Shown in pieces: positions 58,809-64,000 of a stretch of 64,000 bases of DNA (positions are counted from its first letter, which is position 1; each line of letters begins with the position of its first letter). A model generated the notes under the pieces. It saw only the letters and a program-made list of their open reading frames with translations. It made no database searches and had not been told where the DNA came from. Source of the DNA: a virus; the IMG/VR virus record IMGVR_UViG_2896216315_000003, positions 11,032-75,031 of that record; one strand, written 5' to 3'. The position numbers and the translations under genes were made by a program.

Positions 58809-58952
58809 ATGGAATTATCAACCGATAAATTTGGCAATCCCGTTGTCATTATTTACACGCCTTTTATTACTAGAGGCAAGAAACGCTGCTACAAAAAAGA
58901 TGGTGGTACCTATCGTTTAGAGATCCCCTTGAGCAAGTATAAACCACGATAA
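58809..58952 (+). CDS. 47-aa basic micro-protein
   Basis: Manual translation MELSTDKFGNPVVIIYTPFITRGKKRCYKKDGGTYRLEIPLSKYKPR; AAGAGG RBS; terminator at 58966-58986. Confidence 0.65.
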   Translation: MELSTDKFGNPVVIIYTPFITRGKKRCYKKDGGTYRLEIPLSKYKPR

Positions 58953-59016
58953 GTACGGATTAATCAAGGGGCTAAGCCCCTTTTTTGGTTTACCCGTGCT
59001 CTTAAAATTTTATACT

Positions 59017-60072
59017 TCACTTATTATGACAACCCACATTATTTATTTCTGACTCTGTCTGCTCAAACCTCTTAACTTCCAACTCAACACCGATAACTCG
59101 ACGATTAAGTTTTAATGCCGCTTTTACTGTTGCACCAGAGCCCATGAAGAAATCAGCAACAACATCACCCTCGCGGCTACTACTATTAATAATGTGTTCC
59201 ATCATCACCGAGGGTTTTTCGCAAGGATGCTTGCCCGGGTAATATTGCACAGGTGGATAGGTCCAAACATCGGTATAAGAAACGTCTACAGTAACCGAGA
59301 AAGGACGACGTAACAGTTGATATTGCTCAGCAAGCTCTCTATATTCGCGGTTAAGTGTTACTTGAGTCTCTGCTAAATCTGAATGACTTCGGTTTAACGG
59401 GTTTTCGCTGTGCTTTTCACTTGCTACACGGCGAAATAATTCTTGTAGCTTTTGGTAATCAGACTCATTAGGTAATTGCCATTGGCTGTAACTGAACCAA
59501 TGAGACGCCATTTGCTTACCGGTTGCTTGCTTGATTTCTTTTGCTGTTATTCCAAGCGATTCACGTGACTGTTTGAAATACTCAATCAACGGCTTAAGCA
59601 CATTTTCTTTTAGCTGCTTACATTGCTGTAAATAGTCACTACTTTTGCCCTTGTAAGGGCTTTGATAATGTTCAGCGAATAAAATTCTTTCAGTGCTTGG
59701 AAAGAAACTACGTAAATCAGCTTTACATGCTCTACGCCATGGCCCTGATGGTTTTGCCCATATGATATGATTCAGGACGTTAAAGCGTTCTCTCAATAAC
59801 AACTCAGTATCTGCAGCAAGCTTTGAACCACAAAACATGTAAAGACTACCGTTTGGCTTTAATACACGCCAAAACTCCGCCAGCATTTCATCAAGCCAAG
59901 ATAGATAAGCCGTGACATTTTCCCACTGATTGTCCCAACTACATGCTTTTACTTGAAAGTATGGCGGGTCAGTTGCGATTAAATCAATACAGTTATCTGG
60001 AAGTGTTTTTATGTAGCTGAGTGAGTCATCATTGATTAAATTGACACTGTTTAAATTCACAGTATTTTTCAT
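59017..60072 (-). CDS. DNA methyltransferase (N6/N4, beta class)
   Basis: DPPY, HPCEKP and DFFMGSG motifs. Confidence 0.93.
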   Translation of the reverse strand: MKNTVNLNSVNLINDDSLSYIKTLPDNCIDLIATDPPYFQVKACSWDNQWENVTAYLSWLDEMLAEFWRVLKPNGSLYMFCGSKLAADTELLLRERFNVLNHIIWAKPSGPWRRACKADLRSFFPSTERILFAEHYQSPYKGKSSDYLQQCKQLKENVLKPLIEYFKQSRESLGITAKEIKQATGKQMASHWFSYSQWQLPNESDYQKLQELFRRVASEKHSENPLNRSHSDLAETQVTLNREYRELAEQYQLLRRPFSVTVDVSYTDVWTYPPVQYYPGKHPCEKPSVMMEHIINSSSREGDVVADFFMGSGATVKAALKLNRRVIGVELEVKRFEQTESEINNVGCHNK

Positions 60073-60215
60073 AGATCAGGGAAACCTTTTTTGATAAGCT
60101 TCACCATGCTTTGTGCACATAAGCGGTGGGCTTTAGTTTGTCCGTGATCCGTTCAGAACGGGCAAATGGCTGGAAAGGTGCTACCAACACCCGCCAGCCG
60201 CCCATTTTCACAGCG

Positions 60216-60413
60216 CTAGATATTTTGAAATGTATTTTCTTCGATGTTTTCTTTGATAAACCCCGCCATTGCTAGTTGCGTTAATATCAACTGGCAGCGT
60301 GATTTTGCTAATTCAGTGTAACCTGAAATTTCTTCTATTGTTGCCCACCAGGAGTGTGGAACAACTTCTAAAACAATTTGTGCCTCTTCTGTCATATCAA
60401 TCTGTTTTAACAT
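60216..60413 (-). CDS. Small winged-HTH-like protein
   Basis: MLKQIDMT...ATIEEIS...CQLILTQL. Confidence 0.65.
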   Translation of the reverse strand: MLKQIDMTEEAQIVLEVVPHSWWATIEEISGYTELAKSRCQLILTQLAMAGFIKENIEENTFQNI

Positions 60414-60575
60414 GATATTTCTATACCTTTGGTCGTTTATTGGTCGTGAATACACATGTAACTCTGAACAAAGGTGACAGCAAGCTTTACTTGCTTTTAA
60501 AAGCAAAAAACCCAGCGCATTGGCTGGGTTAGTTGGTGAAGTTACTAAAATGGCAACTTACCTTTAAATAGTGGA

Positions 60576-61109
60576 TCATTGGCTCAAAGAAGTCAACACA
60601 TTCTTACTATTATTTTTCTTTTTCCACTCATTATCGCGTATTTTAAATGCATTATAGAGATGTGGATAAATTAAATACTCTGCAGAACGGATGATTTCTT
60701 TTACCTCACGGCGGCATGTGGCCATCGAGGGCTTTCGATGTTCAAGCGTGCGATTTCTGCGAACCATCTGGCGTGGCTGTGCAATACCATAGTAATAACG
60801 AGCAATGGCACGATCTGAGCTCACAAAGGCATAGCGTAATAACAATAACGTGAATGCGACTCGGTCTATATGATAAATTTTATCAACCACCTTGGTGATT
60901 AACATTCCGTCGTCGTCATTACACATTTCCCTTTCTGGATAATCACGTTTTTCTACAGTAGCCATAAATTCAGCGATGATACTGCTTTGGCGTTTCTCTA
61001 ATCTACCACTGTAAACCCAAGCGCCGAATTTGGATAGCCAACCTTGCAACCAAGCTTCTTGCTCAGCATCAAGTACAAGCCCATCAGAAACACTTTTTAT
61101 ACTCGACAT
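60576..61109 (-). CDS. Late antiterminator Q
   Basis: WLSKFGAW, CNDDDGMLI; followed by a TTGACT promoter and tR'-like terminator (60505-60531). Confidence 0.85.
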   Translation of the reverse strand: MSSIKSVSDGLVLDAEQEAWLQGWLSKFGAWVYSGRLEKRQSSIIAEFMATVEKRDYPEREMCNDDDGMLITKVVDKIYHIDRVAFTLLLLRYAFVSSDRAIARYYYGIAQPRQMVRRNRTLEHRKPSMATCRREVKEIIRSAEYLIYPHLYNAFKIRDNEWKKKNNSKNVLTSLSQ

Positions 61110-61411
61110 GCTCGCAGCTCCATAACTTCTCTTTTGGTTTGCTCGAGTAGTTCGGTCTCGGTACCGTGAATTTCTTGCCATGTTTTAGGGGCCGCATGAA
61201 AACCAGTATCGTAACTAGGTCTGTGATGAGGTGGGCATAACGGTAAAACATCTTTATGGCTAGCTCGTTGAGCTATACCCTGCCCTGTTCGTGTATGATG
61301 AATTTCCGCGGGACTTGCTCCATATCCCATGTTTCGACAGCAAATACAGCCAAGTGCGGCTACATCTGATAGCCACTGTTTATCTTCTTTGGTCTTTGAT
61401 TTTTTGGTCAT
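61097..61411 (-). CDS. Ref-like HNH nuclease
   Basis: LGCICC...EIHH...LPLCPPHHR. Confidence 0.8.
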   Translation of the reverse strand: MTKKSKTKEDKQWLSDVAALGCICCRNMGYGASPAEIHHTRTGQGIAQRASHKDVLPLCPPHHRPSYDTGFHAAPKTWQEIHGTETELLEQTKREVMELRACRV

Positions 61412-61422
61412 TGGTCTTGCCT

Positions 61423-62016
61423 CTAGGTAAAATCTAATAACTGAGCCGCCGCATTTTCAGCTGCTTCTTGGGTGGGAAATTTACGGAATAGAATGAAGTT
61501 CCAAAGCACATCTAGGGTTGATTTATAAAGTTCGCCAAAGGCTAGGTCATCCATTTTGGCAAAGCTAATTGATTTAGCGACGCGGCGTAAGCTACCGTCT
61601 GGCATTTCAAATATTTCATAATGGCCAGATTGTTCAACGACCCAATAGCGAAAAGCATCAAAGGATTTGGTTGCTGATATATTGTGAGCGCGTTTCTGTG
61701 CTATCTCATTGAGGTAAACATCTGCAGCAGATTGGAGGGCCTCATCGTTATCAGTGTAGTAAGCAAGGAATTTAACGAAACCACGTACTAGCTCTTTTTC
61801 TTCAGACGAAATGGTACCACCGGTTGGTTCCCAGTATTCATAGCCTAGATTAAGTAATGCGAAGTATTTACGGTGGAAACGCGGGTTGCGAGCTTTCTTG
61901 AAATCAGCCGAAAGCACATCACCACACTTGATTTTGGAATGCAAAAAATCCCTTGCCGCTGGATTAGCCGGTACAAGAGTGTCGTTAGACATTTTGATAA
62001 AGCTATGCTGTGCCAT
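61423..62016 (-). CDS. DUF1367 / NinB-like protein
   Basis: RNPRFHRKYFALL, KSISFAKMD. Confidence 0.85.
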   Translation of the reverse strand: MAQHSFIKMSNDTLVPANPAARDFLHSKIKCGDVLSADFKKARNPRFHRKYFALLNLGYEYWEPTGGTISSEEKELVRGFVKFLAYYTDNDEALQSAADVYLNEIAQKRAHNISATKSFDAFRYWVVEQSGHYEIFEMPDGSLRRVAKSISFAKMDDLAFGELYKSTLDVLWNFILFRKFPTQEAAENAAAQLLDFT

Positions 62017-62194
62017 ACGTTTCTCTCAGTAGACACAGCAAGTGTTAAGATTGGGTGTTCAAGCCAATGATCGAAGTGTAGCACGTATAATACTAAATTG
62101 AATATTAATTTCGTGAATCAGTTAACATTTCAACTCTAGTTATTTTTTATATAACACATTAATATATTTAGATTATTCATATAATGGTGAAAAA

Positions 62195-63628
62195 ATGATT
62201 AACTATATTACATATGATTCAAAAAAAATTCCTATAGCCAAAAAAGTAAGGAACAGTAATAATATTTACTCAATAATAATAGGAAAAAATGGAACAGGAA
62301 AAAGCAGACTATTACAACTCATGTGCGAGCGATTATTAATCAAAAATAGTGATGGAATAAATTTTAGCCACAAACCATCTCGTATTATTGCTATATCGAC
62401 GACCCCTTTTGATAAGTTCCCTCATAAATCAGCTATAGAAAAAGGTTATTACTATCAAGGAATTAAAGGCATTGACACTCAAGATTTAAGTAAAGGGTAT
62501 ATATCTAAATTCATTGGAAATTTCTTATTAGGCGTAATAAATAAAAAAACAAACAACCTATCTCAAGCTCTCGATTACTTAGGATATGATGATGAGATTA
62601 ATATTGTTTTTAAATATATAGGCGGTTCTAAAATTCAAAAAATGATGAGTGAGGAAGTTGACGACTCCGCACTGGATACACTATTTGGCGACATGTATTT
62701 AGACCACGTGTTGAATAGTGAATCAGACCCTTCCACATTTTACTCTTATGTTGAACGCCTTTCTCTGGCAAAGGTTTCACCTACTTCAAAGATGAATTAT
62801 AAAAATCTCATTATTTCAAACCGTCTGAAAAACTATTTAAATAGCCGACTTCAGAAAGGTGAAAAACAGATAAACTCATCTTTTATTACTAACGAAAAAA
62901 AACTAAACCAACTAGTTAAATCAATTGAAAATTCCCCATGGATTCATAAAACTAGAACGCTAAAACTAAACATAAAAGGTAAAAACATCGCATTTAATAA
63001 AAAATTTGACCTATCAACGGATTTTATTAACCTTATTGATGTAGGATTATTCAAGGTTGATAGGGTTACTTTTAGAAAAAAAAATACCAAAGAGACATTT
63101 GAAGTTGAAAATGCAAGTTCTGGTGAGCAAAGCGTTATAATAAACATTTTAGGAATTAGTTCAATTATTAAAGACAATTCTTTAGTACTCATTGATGAGC
63201 CAGAGGTTTGTTTACACCCAGAATGGCAAGAGAAATATATAACACTATTAATTGACATCTTCAAGAGTCAAAAAAAATGTCACTTTATCATAGCAACTCA
63301 TTCACCTCAAATTATCGCCAATTTAAAAGAAAGCAATTGTTTTATAACTTCAATTGAAGATAATATCTGTAATGACGCTAAAGATTACATAAAAAAATCA
63401 TCTGATTACCAATTAGCAACTCTTTTTAATACCCCTGGATTTAAAAATGAGTACTTATCAAGAATTTCATTAAATCTACTATCAAAAATCATGGCTAATA
63501 AATCGATTGATAATGAAGATAAAGATACAATGAATGTGCTGTTAGCTATAAAAAATAAATTAGCTGACGACGATCCAATATTATCGTTAATTGTTTCACT
63601 AGAAGAGATGGTTGATTACTATGGCTGA
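62195..63628 (+). CDS. ABC/AAA ATPase, PtuA-like
   Basis: GKNGTGKS Walker A, SSGE, LIDEPE and ATHSP motifs. Confidence 0.88.
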   Translation: MINYITYDSKKIPIAKKVRNSNNIYSIIIGKNGTGKSRLLQLMCERLLIKNSDGINFSHKPSRIIAISTTPFDKFPHKSAIEKGYYYQGIKGIDTQDLSKGYISKFIGNFLLGVINKKTNNLSQALDYLGYDDEINIVFKYIGGSKIQKMMSEEVDDSALDTLFGDMYLDHVLNSESDPSTFYSYVERLSLAKVSPTSKMNYKNLIISNRLKNYLNSRLQKGEKQINSSFITNEKKLNQLVKSIENSPWIHKTRTLKLNIKGKNIAFNKKFDLSTDFINLIDVGLFKVDRVTFRKKNTKETFEVENASSGEQSVIINILGISSIIKDNSLVLIDEPEVCLHPEWQEKYITLLIDIFKSQKKCHFIIATHSPQIIANLKESNCFITSIEDNICNDAKDYIKKSSDYQLATLFNTPGFKNEYLSRISLNLLSKIMANKSIDNEDKDTMNVLLAIKNKLADDDPILSLIVSLEEMVDYYG

Positions 63629-64000
63629 TATTAATACTCCTGTTAAGTACACTAAATCAGCACAAAACACAATTTCAATTAAAACAAATGACCCATCGTT
63701 TCTGCATAGCCACTGGGATAAAGATGAAATTGAAATAATAAGAAAAGAAATACGTGATCACTATCGAAAAATCCAAAATGGTATATGTGTTTATTGTAAG
63801 AGTTCAGTTTCTTTAAGTTCAGCGCTAAACTGTCATGTTGAACATATTGCACCTAAGTCTTTATACAAAAAATTTATTTTTGAGCCTAAAAACCTTTGTG
63901 TTGTCTGTGCTGATTGCAACACTATCAAACGAGAGCAAGAGGTACATGAAACATGTGAAAATACTTTGAAAAAAGTAGCAACGGTGTACCCACGTAGTTC
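63621..64000 (+). CDS. HNH endonuclease, PtuB-like (truncated by window)
   Basis: Manual translation MADINTPV...QNGICVYC...HVEHIAPKS...NLCVVCADCNTIK; overlaps ATPase stop. Confidence 0.88.
   Translation, partial: MADINTPVKYTKSAQNTISIKTNDPSFLHSHWDKDEIEIIRKEIRDHYRKIQNGICVYCKSSVSLSSALNCHVEHIAPKSLYKKFIFEPKNLCVVCADCNTIKREQEVHETCENTLKKVATVYPRS

Larger units (their letters stand above)
32555..64000. mobile_element. Prophage 2, contractile-tailed phage (right end outside window)
   Basis: Fibre, baseplate J, sheath, tube, capsid, portal, terminases, lysis, Q and nin genes, nearly all on minus strand. Confidence 0.95.

Noticed and set aside
58624..58920. 98-aa ORF in the track
   Set aside because: Starts inside the peptidase gene without a clear RBS and runs through the inverted repeat; the 47-aa ORF at 58809 has a better RBS and terminator fit.
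62017..64000. Retron
   Set aside because: No reverse transcriptase or msr/msd-like inverted repeats upstream of the ATPase; sequence beyond 64000 cannot be assessed.

Overview
The window holds two tandem, co-oriented prophages, joined at a 28-bp copy of the tmRNA (ssrA) 3' end (32527-32554). The host is probably an AT-rich Morganellaceae-like enterobacterium; this is inference only. Prophage 1 (<1-32554) is a lambdoid siphovirus. It has a lambda-like tail, a ClpP-capsid fusion, a cos site, an M15 peptidase lysis cassette, Q, Dam/Lar, an O-like initiator, a cro/cI switch with CTAAG-N4-CTTAG operators, a phage CsrA, RdgC, xis and int. Prophage 2 (32555->64000) is a contractile-tailed phage. It carries morons for a phosphoethanolamine transferase, a HEPN-like protein between the terminase genes, an XRE + ImmA/IrrE + 47-aa ORF module and a Septu-like ATPase+HNH pair. 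The most unusual signal is non-coding and lies in prophage 1. At 29.2-29.7 kb is an array of four modular promoter/variable region/conserved hairpin-terminator units, predicted to give ~55-75-nt sRNAs from RpoS-like -10 boxes. On the opposite strand their hairpin loops display CsrA-type GGA motifs, about 2 kb downstream of the phage csrA. A second three-unit array lies at 16.0-16.4 kb and a single unit at 19.4 kb. Protein families were recognised by eye from motifs and gene order; no searches were run.
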